64,000 bases of DNA from Thermoplasmata archaeon (GTDB lineage Archaea; Thermoplasmatota; Thermoplasmata; Thermoplasmatales; Thermoplasmataceae), in contig JAJZXU010000022.1 in the NCBI GenBank assembly GCA_021806235.1, positions 12,606 to 76,605 of the forward strand, written 5' to 3'. The notes below the pieces were generated by a model. It worked only from the letters and a program-made list of their open reading frames with translations, was not told the origin of the DNA and made no database searches. Shown here piece after piece: positions 27,557 to 37,001 of this stretch. Positions within the stretch are counted from its first letter, which is position 1, and the number at the start of each line of letters is the position of its first letter. A program made the translations under genes and the position numbers.

Positions 27557-27816
27557 TAATACAGTGTAAAAAATAAATTTTTAAGATACCTATTTTAATT
27601 TAAATAATTGGACTTTTCTGATAATACCATAAAATGATCGAAAATAATTCTCCTGCAAATAATTATTTAATATATTAAGGGGCGTATTGGAGAAACTCTA
27701 TTGAATGTATTTACAGTGATACAACATCAGTAGGATATTTGAATTCGTGTTAATGATGTCTTTATCCAAACAGTAAAATGGTCGATTTATAATTTTATAA
27801 ATAAAACCGTGCGAAA

Positions 27817-30774
27817 TTATATAATTTTTTTTACATAATTTTCCAGTTCTGTATATTTATTTTTAAAATCGTCGTCATTTTTTATCTTTGATAGGTTACT
27901 GGATATTTCTACTATTTTATTATGAATTTCATTATTTTTGTCATATGGCTGTATATTCATTTCAAAGGGTTTTTTGTGAATATGCCTTTCCGATAAAATT
28001 CCTGAATTTTTTAATTTTTCTAATAAATATTTTGAATTTAAGACACCACATACATAATATGCCTCACTTTTATTTTCAAAATATGCATAATATGCAGTAT
28101 GATCAACAATTATATTTTTTTCCTCCAGTACGGCACATCTAATTGAAGTGCCGCTTTGATTGTATACAACCAAATGTTTATAAGTATGCTGTGATAATAA
28201 TTTATTACCATAATTTAGCCACTCCATTACACTGTAGGAATTTGCTTTTTTCTTATTATTTTTATTAAATTTTGCACCCCTGTTTTTTTCCCAGTCTATT
28301 TCAATTTCATTTAATTTATTAACATAAACATTCAATAAACTTTTTTTAATGTTATCTACATCATCTTTAAGTATATCTTTTCTAATAGAATATGTATAGG
28401 GTGTTGTATCTTTATAAGTATCAATAACCACTTTATTGTTTGTTAATGGCAAAATAGCCTTTTCATTTAAATTCACTTTAAAGTTTTTAATGGATTCTCC
28501 CATTATAACATTATAAATTAAATCTTTTAATACATAAAAATGATCCCATGAAAACTGATAATTTCCCTTTTTATGCCTCTTATCAGCAGTTTCTGGATTA
28601 TATTTATCATCTGTACTTATTATATATGCATATTTTTCTTCGTTTTCAATTTTTATGAAATAATAGGGCCTTGGGAATATTGTAGCTCCACGTCTAAAAA
28701 TGTCCTTATAATATGAAATACCTGAAAAATTAAATTTTTTATTTGAAATTGAAGACTCATTTTTGCTTATATTTATATAATAATCCATATCTAACAATTC
28801 ATATTTTAAATCCGGGCTAAAAACATCTGGTTTTTTATTATCGCTTTTTATTAAAGCACCTTTTATTATTTTAGTGGTTTTATCATATGTAAATATTAAA
28901 ATGCATGACGGTTTTCTGAATGGATTTATAGAATTGTTAATATCTACCACTTCTTCTATATTTGGAGAATTTTCCCATAGTTTTCTTCTTAAGCCATTAT
29001 ACTGCGCCGCATTAATTACAGACCGTGTCAGGACAAAACCTATTTTGCCTAAAGTACTTTTTTTACTCTTCTTTAAATATTCTAATGACCTTGCAATAAA
29101 AAAGCCTGCATAATCCATATTTGCTTTATTCTGTGAACCATGGCCCATTTTATAATCATTATATATTGCATCTATATCCTTCTGCCTTTCAAAGGATATT
29201 TCCTTATATGTTAGCCAGGGTGGATTGCCTAAAACAACGTCTATTTTATTTCTGAAATAATATGGCGTATATATATTCTTTAAGATATAGAACCATACGC
29301 CATCCTTGCCGCTTTTAACTAAATCTACTAATTTTTTAATTAAATCTTCATTGCCTTTAAATCTTGAGGGAAAATCTATATTTTCATTATTTAAATTAGA
29401 TTCAACAAGTTCTCTCATATCATTTATATATTTACTTATATTGGCTATAGGATAATCTGTTTTGCCTACAAACGAATAATCAAATTCTGCTTTTATATCC
29501 TTAATTGGTGAAAAATCTACTGTTACAGATTTGACATCGGAGTATAAAGAGCTTTTACGATAATATGTCATTAGTGAATCAGCTAAAAATACAGGTATGA
29601 CAAATGAAAAGTTCAGCCATTTTCCCCTTAAGGATAAAATATAATTAGCCTTTGAGAATATTACTGCTATGGGATTTATATCAAATCCTATAACCTGATC
29701 AATTATATTATTAGATCCAAGATCCATTTTTCTTTCTATTGCTAATTTTAAAAATGTTCCTGAACCACACGTCGGATCTAAAACTACATTATCTTTTGTT
29801 ACTAATTTATTTACAAGTATTTTTGCCAGCCATTCCGGTGTGTAAAATTCTCCCAAATTATGCCGTTCGTTTGGTGATATAACACTTTCATATAGAACTC
29901 TGAAAATATCATCCTTTACATCTGTAAAATCGTATAAATCTATTTCTTTTTCTATATAATCAAAAAACTTATTACCTTTGTTAAATATATCAAAAAAATT
30001 GTCTGGTTCAATAAAATTTAATATTCCTCTGGCCATAAATGCTGAACCATCAAGAATTGCTTCATTATTTTCTATTTTCAGTGACTTTCCAACTATAAAT
30101 AATGAATAATAATAAATTATTACATGCCTCAGGAAAAAATCCTCTGTTATTTCATTTTCATTGCCAAGAACCTTTGCAACATAGTTTTTCCACTCATCAT
30201 ATTTTATTGAATATTCTCTATTTCCAATTTTTATTACTTTATTATTTATTAATTTTAATAACTCATTTTCCAATTCCAGCAACCTTGGAACAATGATTTC
30301 AGTTTTAGGCACTAATTTTACATTTTCCGGGTTAAATAATAAATATATTCTTGTGTATAAATTACCAAGAGTATATTCGTCGCTATTTTTAATTTCTTCA
30401 TTTAAAATTAATTTGTATTCCATATTTCTGATGCCATTATATACCTCAAACGTGTTTCCATCCGTTATAATTAATTTAGTAATGTTATATCCATCTATTT
30501 CTCTTTCCTCTTTATACCTTTTTAACTCCTCCTTTGCATCATCTACCATTTTTTTATTTAATTCATTTTTTGTCTCTATCAATATTCCTGCATAAAAAAT
30601 ATCATTTCTTTTTTCCTCAAATCCTATAAATTCTGGCTTTATTTGCAATATACCCTCCATCAATTTGCTTTTCATATATGCTCTTTTATTGTATTCTCCT
30701 ACTTTGCTTGGCAGTGTATTTAAATACTCTTTAATATTTTTTTCAAAGTTTTCCGGAAAAATATAGTTGACCAT
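27817..30774 (-). CDS. Fused restriction endonuclease-like / gamma-class N6-adenine DNA methyltransferase / target-recognition protein (type IIG/IIL-like)
   Basis: 985 aa. The N-terminus has a D58-x8-E67-T-K69 (DIFYAGILIETK) PD-(D/E)xK-like pattern. Then GEFYTP (308-313), motif I VLDPTCGSGTFL (331-342), FDINP (364-368) and motif IV GNPPW (516-520). A ~460-aa C-terminal region follows with no catalytic motif. Confidence 0.8.
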   Translation of the reverse strand: MVNYIFPENFEKNIKEYLNTLPSKVGEYNKRAYMKSKLMEGILQIKPEFIGFEEKRNDIFYAGILIETKNELNKKMVDDAKEELKRYKEEREIDGYNITKLIITDGNTFEVYNGIRNMEYKLILNEEIKNSDEYTLGNLYTRIYLLFNPENVKLVPKTEIIVPRLLELENELLKLINNKVIKIGNREYSIKYDEWKNYVAKVLGNENEITEDFFLRHVIIYYYSLFIVGKSLKIENNEAILDGSAFMARGILNFIEPDNFFDIFNKGNKFFDYIEKEIDLYDFTDVKDDIFRVLYESVISPNERHNLGEFYTPEWLAKILVNKLVTKDNVVLDPTCGSGTFLKLAIERKMDLGSNNIIDQVIGFDINPIAVIFSKANYILSLRGKWLNFSFVIPVFLADSLMTYYRKSSLYSDVKSVTVDFSPIKDIKAEFDYSFVGKTDYPIANISKYINDMRELVESNLNNENIDFPSRFKGNEDLIKKLVDLVKSGKDGVWFYILKNIYTPYYFRNKIDVVLGNPPWLTYKEISFERQKDIDAIYNDYKMGHGSQNKANMDYAGFFIARSLEYLKKSKKSTLGKIGFVLTRSVINAAQYNGLRRKLWENSPNIEEVVDINNSINPFRKPSCILIFTYDKTTKIIKGALIKSDNKKPDVFSPDLKYELLDMDYYINISKNESSISNKKFNFSGISYYKDIFRRGATIFPRPYYFIKIENEEKYAYIISTDDKYNPETADKRHKKGNYQFSWDHFYVLKDLIYNVIMGESIKNFKVNLNEKAILPLTNNKVVIDTYKDTTPYTYSIRKDILKDDVDNIKKSLLNVYVNKLNEIEIDWEKNRGAKFNKNNKKKANSYSVMEWLNYGNKLLSQHTYKHLVVYNQSGTSIRCAVLEEKNIIVDHTAYYAYFENKSEAYYVCGVLNSKYLLEKLKNSGILSERHIHKKPFEMNIQPYDKNNEIHNKIVEISSNLSKIKNDDDFKNKYTELENYVKKII

Positions 30775-30986
30775 TTAAAAAGATAATGCCCAATTACTTT
30801 TAAATTTTTGGATACCTACACATATATTATTAGCCGCTATTTCTATTATTTTTATATTATTAAACTTACAATTACAATTTGACAATTTGGATTATATTAA
30901 AACAATATTAAAACCTCTATATCTCCTTCAAGAGATTAATATTATAAGGAGTTATACCGGGTATTGCAAATAATAAATATTCTAAT

Positions 30987-32021
30987 ATGAAACATCCATT
31001 ATTTATAATAAATATAAATATACCATTAATGAACTGTAAAAATACTGCTTTAATAGCAATAACAGATAATGGAATAAACATATCGGAAAGATTGAGGGAC
31101 TCAATAAAATATGATTTGTATTTAAGCAGAAGATTTTACAGTAAATACAGTGCAAGGTATTTCGATAAACTTAGTGATATAATTGAAACGATTTTTAATA
31201 AATACGACTGCATAATATTTATTCTATCCCTGGGTGCTGTAATAAGGTTGATTTCACCATATTTAAAGAGTAAATATACAGATCCTAAAATAATAGCTAT
31301 AGATGATGCGGGCAAATTTACAGTAAGTGTTGTCTCGGGCCATGAAGGTGCAAATGAATTATGTGAATATGTATCATCATTATTAAATAATATTCCAGTA
31401 ATAACCACAGCATCAGATGTTGACAACAAAATTTCTCCAGAGTATATTGCACATAAATACAGTTTAAAAATAATAAATAAAAATATTTTAACAAAAATTT
31501 CATCCGATATAATAAATAATTATAACATCTGCATAAAAAACGAAACAGGCATTAATATGGAATATAATAACAGTGAAAACTGTGATGGTTATATAATTGT
31601 TACATATAAAAAAAATGATGAAAATAAATATCTAATAATGGTTCCTAAAATACTGGTTATAGGTATTGGTTTTTCAACAGATGCAAATTTTAATGATATG
31701 AAAAACGCAATTGTGGAATTATTCAATAAAAACAATTTTTATACAGATTCAATAAAAACAATAACAACAATTGATATTAAAAAAGATAATGAATATATAA
31801 AAAAACTGTCGGAATATTTCAATGCCGGTTTAATATTTTATAATAGGGATGAACTGAATACTAATTCACTGTATAAATCCAGTACAGTGTATAAATATAC
31901 GGGTGCATATTCAGTTTCAAATGCTTCTGGAAGGATAGGGTCGAATAATGGCAGGGAATTAATAAGAAAGGAAATATTTAAGAATATTACAGTATCGGTG
32001 TTTGAATATGAATATAAATAG
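30987..32021 (+). CDS. cbiG: Cobalt-precorrin-5A hydrolase
   Basis: IIAIDDAGKFTVSVVSGHEGANELCEYV...IPVITTASD, and a C-terminal LVIGIGFS...IDIKKDNEY block. Start may be M15 (31029). Confidence 0.85.
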   Translation: MKHPLFIININIPLMNCKNTALIAITDNGINISERLRDSIKYDLYLSRRFYSKYSARYFDKLSDIIETIFNKYDCIIFILSLGAVIRLISPYLKSKYTDPKIIAIDDAGKFTVSVVSGHEGANELCEYVSSLLNNIPVITTASDVDNKISPEYIAHKYSLKIINKNILTKISSDIINNYNICIKNETGINMEYNNSENCDGYIIVTYKKNDENKYLIMVPKILVIGIGFSTDANFNDMKNAIVELFNKNNFYTDSIKTITTIDIKKDNEYIKKLSEYFNAGLIFYNRDELNTNSLYKSSTVYKYTGAYSVSNASGRIGSNNGRELIRKEIFKNITVSVFEYEYK

Positions 32022-33369
32022 TGTTATGATTGCTGCACCTTCCAGTAATTCTGGCAAAACTACGGTGACCGTGGGAATTATGCTTGCATTAAAAAATCTG
32101 GGTTACAGTGTCCAGCCATTCAAGGTGGGGCCTGATTACATAGACCCGGGGTTTCACACATATGTAACCGGCAATAAATCAAGGAATCTTGATACGGTAA
32201 TGGGAAATAAAAACATTGTAAGAGAAATATTTGTGAAAAATTCTACTGGAAAAGACATCTCAATAGTTGAGGGCGTTATGGGACTATTTGATGGAAGATC
32301 TGCAAACAGTATAAGGGGAAGTTCATTTGAAATTTCACTGCTGCTGAATATACCGGTAATACTGGTAATAGATATATCTGCAATGGCAAGAAGTGTTACA
32401 GCCATAATACATGGTTTTAAAAATATAGATAGAAGGATAAATTTGAAGGGCGTAATATTAAACAGGGCAGGTTCTGATTACCACTGCCGGCTCGTTAAGG
32501 AAGCGGTGGAGAAAATAAATCACGTAAAGGTTCTGGGCTGTATAAAAAATGATGACAAATTAAAAATAAATTCAAGGCATCTGGGACTGATACCGTTTGT
32601 TGAGGATAAACTGAATGATGATTATTTTTCAGAATTAAACACGGTAATAAATAATAGCATAAATTTAAATGAAATAATAAAAATATCAAAAACAGGCAGT
32701 ACTGCCGGAACCAATAAACCTGTAATATACAGCGGTATCAGAAATAAAAAGGTGAGGATAGGAATAGCGTATAACAGGGCATTTAATTTCTATTATGAGG
32801 AAAATATAGAAATACTGAAAAAATATGGAGCCGAAATAATATATTTTGACCCAATTATGGATGCAGAATTGCCTGACGTTGACGGAATTTACATAGGTGG
32901 TGGCTTTCCTGAAATATATGCTGGTGAATTATCCGGGAATAAGGGTATGTTAAATGATATTAAAAATAAAATAGAAAATTATATGCCGGTATTTGCAGAA
33001 TGTGGTGGTTATATATATCTGTGCAGTAATATAAATTATGGTGAGAAATTATACCCAATGGTAAATGTAATACCTGCAAATGTATATATGGATAAACTAA
33101 CAATAGGCTATAGAGATATTCGATCAAATTATGACAATTATTTATTAAAAAAGGATCAGAAAATCAGGGGACACGAATTTCATTACACGGGAATAGAATA
33201 TTTCGAGGAAAATAATAAACCATATAAATTCAATGATAAAACCGATGGCTTCTATTATAAGAATACAATTGCAGGCTATATACACATGTATTTTCCATCA
33301 AACCAGAAAGTACCAGAAAATTTTGTAAAGAAATGCTATGAATACAAAAATGGAGCTAAAAATTTTTAG
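32002..33369 (+). CDS. cbiA: Cobyrinate a,c-diamide synthase
   Basis: AAPSSNSGKTTVTVGIM, KVGPDYIDPGFH, C-terminal GATase with AECGGYIY and GHEFHY. Overlaps the cbiG end (or starts at ATG 32026). Confidence 0.9.
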   Translation: MNMNINSVMIAAPSSNSGKTTVTVGIMLALKNLGYSVQPFKVGPDYIDPGFHTYVTGNKSRNLDTVMGNKNIVREIFVKNSTGKDISIVEGVMGLFDGRSANSIRGSSFEISLLLNIPVILVIDISAMARSVTAIIHGFKNIDRRINLKGVILNRAGSDYHCRLVKEAVEKINHVKVLGCIKNDDKLKINSRHLGLIPFVEDKLNDDYFSELNTVINNSINLNEIIKISKTGSTAGTNKPVIYSGIRNKKVRIGIAYNRAFNFYYEENIEILKKYGAEIIYFDPIMDAELPDVDGIYIGGGFPEIYAGELSGNKGMLNDIKNKIENYMPVFAECGGYIYLCSNINYGEKLYPMVNVIPANVYMDKLTIGYRDIRSNYDNYLLKKDQKIRGHEFHYTGIEYFEENNKPYKFNDKTDGFYYKNTIAGYIHMYFPSNQKVPENFVKKCYEYKNGAKNF

Positions 33370-33400
33370 AGAAATATTATTTAGGAGCCACTAATATACA

Positions 33401-34504
33401 ATGATGGAAAATAATTTTGTAATGCCAGATGAGAATTCATTGATAAATTTATCAAGTGATATGTTCAACCATTTTAATTTAAAAGTGACATCAGAAACCA
33501 TGAATTTAAATTATAAAAATAAGAAATTATGTTTTATACTGCTGGATGGGCTTGGGTGGAATACCTACAGAAAAACAGGCATTAAGTTCGATAATGAAAT
33601 AAAGGGTACATCCCTATTCCCATCAACAACATCAAATGTGTTATCATCAATATTTTTAAATAAGTATCCAGGAGAACATGGCATAAATGGATATTTAGTA
33701 TATGTTAAGGAGCTGGGTGCAGTGATAAATATTTTGGGGTACACTTCCTCGGCTTCATATATAAGGGATTCCATGGAAAAGGCATATCCTATAAATAAAA
33801 TATTCAATTTTGATTCAAAAATTAATCAGTTGAATAATACAGGAATAAAAACGATAAATATAATTCCATCCTTTATAAGCAATACATCATTTTCAAATCT
33901 ATTATACGGAAATAATTATACAGATACATTTTCTAACGTATTCCATAGTTTTTATATGTTAGACAATGATTTAAAAAAGAATTATGATTTTGTAACATAT
34001 TATCTACCACATATAGACCAGATAGCACATAAACTGGGGCCGTATAATGAGTATACAGTGGAAACTGCAAGATATATATTAACAGAATTATATGAAATAA
34101 TAAAAAAGCATGATGATTATGATTTTATTATAACAGCAGATCATGGCCATGTGGAGGTAAATAACGTAATAAATTTAAGTAAGGATAAGAAATTAGACGA
34201 TTTAACGTTAATTCCACCATACGGTGATGTCAGGTCGATATTCTTTAACTATAGTGATGAATTATATGACTATTTAAATAATAATTATAGTAATTTACTG
34301 CTGTTAAAAAATAATGATAGTTTATATAAGAAACTATTCGGAAAATTAGATGATAATATACTGAAAAAATTACCGGAATTAATAGGGGTATCAAAAAATA
34401 ATGACCTGTACCATTATCCATTAAACCAGAGAAAATATGAAATGAAAGGTGCACATAGCGGACTGTTAAAGGACGAAATGGAAATACCGATACTGAAATT
34501 TTAA
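33401..34504 (+). CDS. Alkaline-phosphatase-superfamily phosphoesterase (type I phosphodiesterase / COG1524-like)
   Basis: ILLDGLGWN, FPSTTSNVLSSIF, PGEHG, ITADHGH. Confidence 0.7.
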   Translation: MMENNFVMPDENSLINLSSDMFNHFNLKVTSETMNLNYKNKKLCFILLDGLGWNTYRKTGIKFDNEIKGTSLFPSTTSNVLSSIFLNKYPGEHGINGYLVYVKELGAVINILGYTSSASYIRDSMEKAYPINKIFNFDSKINQLNNTGIKTINIIPSFISNTSFSNLLYGNNYTDTFSNVFHSFYMLDNDLKKNYDFVTYYLPHIDQIAHKLGPYNEYTVETARYILTELYEIIKKHDDYDFIITADHGHVEVNNVINLSKDKKLDDLTLIPPYGDVRSIFFNYSDELYDYLNNNYSNLLLLKNNDSLYKKLFGKLDDNILKKLPELIGVSKNNDLYHYPLNQRKYEMKGAHSGLLKDEMEIPILKF

Positions 34505-35127
34505 TTTTTTAATTCCTTATTTTTACCTATTATGAACCTGCAAACATCATAACCATTGACCTGCCTGTGTGTTGATGTAACATTCATATCCAGAACTGAT
34601 GAAAATAATCTTGTTTCCATAGAACATGCCTTTCCGAATTTATTTGCCAGTTTAAATATGGGGCAGTTATATTCCAAAAGTTCGTATTTCCCGTCACCTA
34701 TGTTATTTATTTCCGGATAATAGCCTTCATTTTCCCTTAATTTGAAAAGCTCCTTTACCCTCCTTTCATTTTCAAGGCCGGCCATATCTTTACTGTATTT
34801 ATTTTTAATTTCGGAGTACCTTGTCTTTAAAAATTCTTCAACAATTTTGCTATTCTCTGTCAGATATAAATATTCCAGTAAATCATCCAGCATTTTGCCG
34901 TAGCTATTTGAAATTTTATCCTTTGACAGATCAGTTAAGCCGAATTTATACACAGGCCTTCCCACATTCTTTTTAATTATGTTTCTTTTTATTATTTTTT
35001 CCTTTTCAAGTTTATTTATATGGTTTAAAACTGCCATTTTTGATATGGAGAGCTTCTTCGATAATTCATCCAGTGTCATGGACTCCTTTTTTAATAACAG
35101 CATTATTTCAATTTCCGCAGGATACAT
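34501..35127 (-). CDS. Winged-helix transcriptional regulator (ArsR/COG2345-like) with Cys-containing C-terminal domain
   Basis: MTLDELSKKLSISKMAVLNHINKLEKEKII at the N-terminus. The C-terminal part has CPIFKLANKFGKAC and CRF. Confidence 0.65.
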   Translation of the reverse strand: MYPAEIEIMLLLKKESMTLDELSKKLSISKMAVLNHINKLEKEKIIKRNIIKKNVGRPVYKFGLTDLSKDKISNSYGKMLDDLLEYLYLTENSKIVEEFLKTRYSEIKNKYSKDMAGLENERRVKELFKLRENEGYYPEINNIGDGKYELLEYNCPIFKLANKFGKACSMETRLFSSVLDMNVTSTHRQVNGYDVCRFIIGKNKELKN

Positions 35128-35218
35128 AATTATTATAACGCTTTATTATTAATATATTTATCGTTTATACTTTATAAACTTTATAAATTATTATATTTAT
35201 ATAATTCGGGTTTATAAC

Positions 35219-35416
35219 ATGGATATGGGGAAAAAATATGGAAATATAAATGATTATATAAAAAATGAACTGAATGGTGATAGTGGAAAACTGATACACG
35301 ATATCAGGGAGGCAGAAAAATTATATAAAAGGGAAAAAACCCATAATAAAAAATGCTATGTGTGCAGAGTTCTGGAAATTTTAAAAAACATTAATAACAA
35401 ATTTCGTAATTTATAG
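35219..35416 (+). CDS. Small hypothetical protein (65 aa)
   Basis: The ORF ends 2 nt before the thiE ATG. It contains CYVC. No recognisable family. Confidence 0.3.
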   Translation: MDMGKKYGNINDYIKNELNGDSGKLIHDIREAEKLYKREKTHNKKCYVCRVLEILKNINNKFRNL

Positions 35417-35418
35417 TT

Positions 35419-36039
35419 ATGAAATTAAAAGGACTGTATCTGGTAACGCCGGATTATTACGGTGATAAAATATTTACCATGACTGAAGAGGCCTTAAAAA
35501 ATGGTGTTAATATACTGCAGTACAGGGATAAAACAAATAATTATGATGTAAAGATATATGCGGGTAAAAAATTTAAAAAACTGGCGGATGATTACAGTGT
35601 TCCACTGATAATTGATGATGACCCTGTTTTAATGGATATTATAGATGCGGAAGGAATCCATGTGGGCAGGGGCGATGTGCCATTTGATTACCTGAGGGAA
35701 AAATACGGTAATAAAATCATAGGGGTATCAACATATGGTGATGTAAACAAAGCCATAGAATGCCAAAATTTGGGTGCCACCTATGTTGCGTTCGGGTCAT
35801 TTTTCAATACTGGTACGAAAAAGGATGCAACAATATGTGATATAAATATTTTGGATAACATCAATGATTTAAAAATACCAGTATTTGTAATAGGTGGAAT
35901 AAATTTAAACAATGTAGACACATTATTGAAATATAATATATCAGGAATAGCAGTTGTATCATCCATATATTCCTCAAAAAATGTGGGTGAAACGGTTAAA
36001 TCATATATTGAAAAGTTAAGGGAATACAAAAAAATATAA
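35419..36039 (+). CDS. thiE: Thiamine-phosphate synthase
   Basis: LYLVTPD, ILQYRDK, LIIDD, GIHVG, VFVIGGI. Confidence 0.9.
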   Translation: MKLKGLYLVTPDYYGDKIFTMTEEALKNGVNILQYRDKTNNYDVKIYAGKKFKKLADDYSVPLIIDDDPVLMDIIDAEGIHVGRGDVPFDYLREKYGNKIIGVSTYGDVNKAIECQNLGATYVAFGSFFNTGTKKDATICDINILDNINDLKIPVFVIGGINLNNVDTLLKYNISGIAVVSSIYSSKNVGETVKSYIEKLREYKKI

Positions 36040-36061
36040 TAATGATAATATATATACATTC

Positions 36062-36832
36062 ATGAAAATTGAACAGGCTTTAATTACACAGTTAATGGTT
36101 TTATTAAATATCAAAAATGGAAAAAACAGACCATCTGAAATTTCTAAGGAACTGGGAATAACACTGCAGGGTGTTATCTATCATATGAAAATTTTAAAGG
36201 AAAAAAAATTAATAGACAGTAATAATAAAATAACAAAGGAGGGTTTTGATTTTCTGTATAATGGTCTGAACTATATAGAAAATTTTGTCCATACAAGCCT
36301 GATAAATATAGATTCGTCACTGATATGGGAGGTTATATCAGATGATGATGTAAAAATAAATGATAAATTATATTTATATATGAATGGGGGTTATTTACAT
36401 GCAACGCTAGAAAGTAAAGGAGAAGCATACGGAAGATCCGTAAAAAATGCGAGCAGAAACGAATGCACTGGAATAACAGATGTTAGGGGGATAATAAATG
36501 TAAAACCTTCAAAAATCATCCTATTAACAGTTGATAATATTGAAAAGATAGAGAATTTAAATAAATTCAAAATAAAATTAAGGGAAAAAATTAAGGGCAT
36601 ATACTATAACTTTCTTGGAATTGCAGGAGAATTATCGAAAAATATATTTGATGATTTAAACATAAAAATTGATTTTGAATATTCAGCGATAAGCTGTGCC
36701 TTTGAGGCCTCAAAGAGAGGTTTTATAACCCTGATAGTGATGTCCGATAGATTATTCCATTTTTCATTAAACGAAATAAAGGAAATACAGATAAAAAATC
36801 CAGAGATTGAGATTGATTTTATACACATATGA
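36062..36832 (+). CDS. wHTH domain protein with ~185-aa C-terminal domain (possible ThiR-like regulator, unverified)
   Basis: RPSEISKELGITLQGVIYHMKILKEKKLI at the N-terminus. Located 22 nt downstream of thiE on the same strand. Confidence 0.5.
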   Translation: MKIEQALITQLMVLLNIKNGKNRPSEISKELGITLQGVIYHMKILKEKKLIDSNNKITKEGFDFLYNGLNYIENFVHTSLINIDSSLIWEVISDDDVKINDKLYLYMNGGYLHATLESKGEAYGRSVKNASRNECTGITDVRGIINVKPSKIILLTVDNIEKIENLNKFKIKLREKIKGIYYNFLGIAGELSKNIFDDLNIKIDFEYSAISCAFEASKRGFITLIVMSDRLFHFSLNEIKEIQIKNPEIEIDFIHI

Positions 36833-37001
36833 TTTAATAATATAAAATATATAATATATTAATCTCAATATTCGCAAATGGGATAAGGGCTAGATATTTT
36901 TATAGAGTGATATTTATAAAAATAAATTTTGCAATTTTTATAAATATTTAAATATAACGTTATTATAATGGTGAATAGAGGTGTAAAAATTATGGAGGAC
37001 G

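Noticed and set aside
30775-30986. Second copy of the tRNA-Ser 3' end (att-type direct repeat) at the far end of the island
   Set aside because: The only weak resemblance is ATCTCC in ATCTCCTTCAAGAG. No convincing repeat exists, so the right island boundary is defined only by the start of housekeeping genes.
33401-34504. PglZ-like alkaline phosphatase as a BREX partner of the 985-aa methyltransferase
   Set aside because: It is only 367 aa, far shorter than PglZ. It is separated from the MTase by cbiG-cbiA on the opposite strand. No BrxA, BrxB, BrxC or BrxL genes are present.
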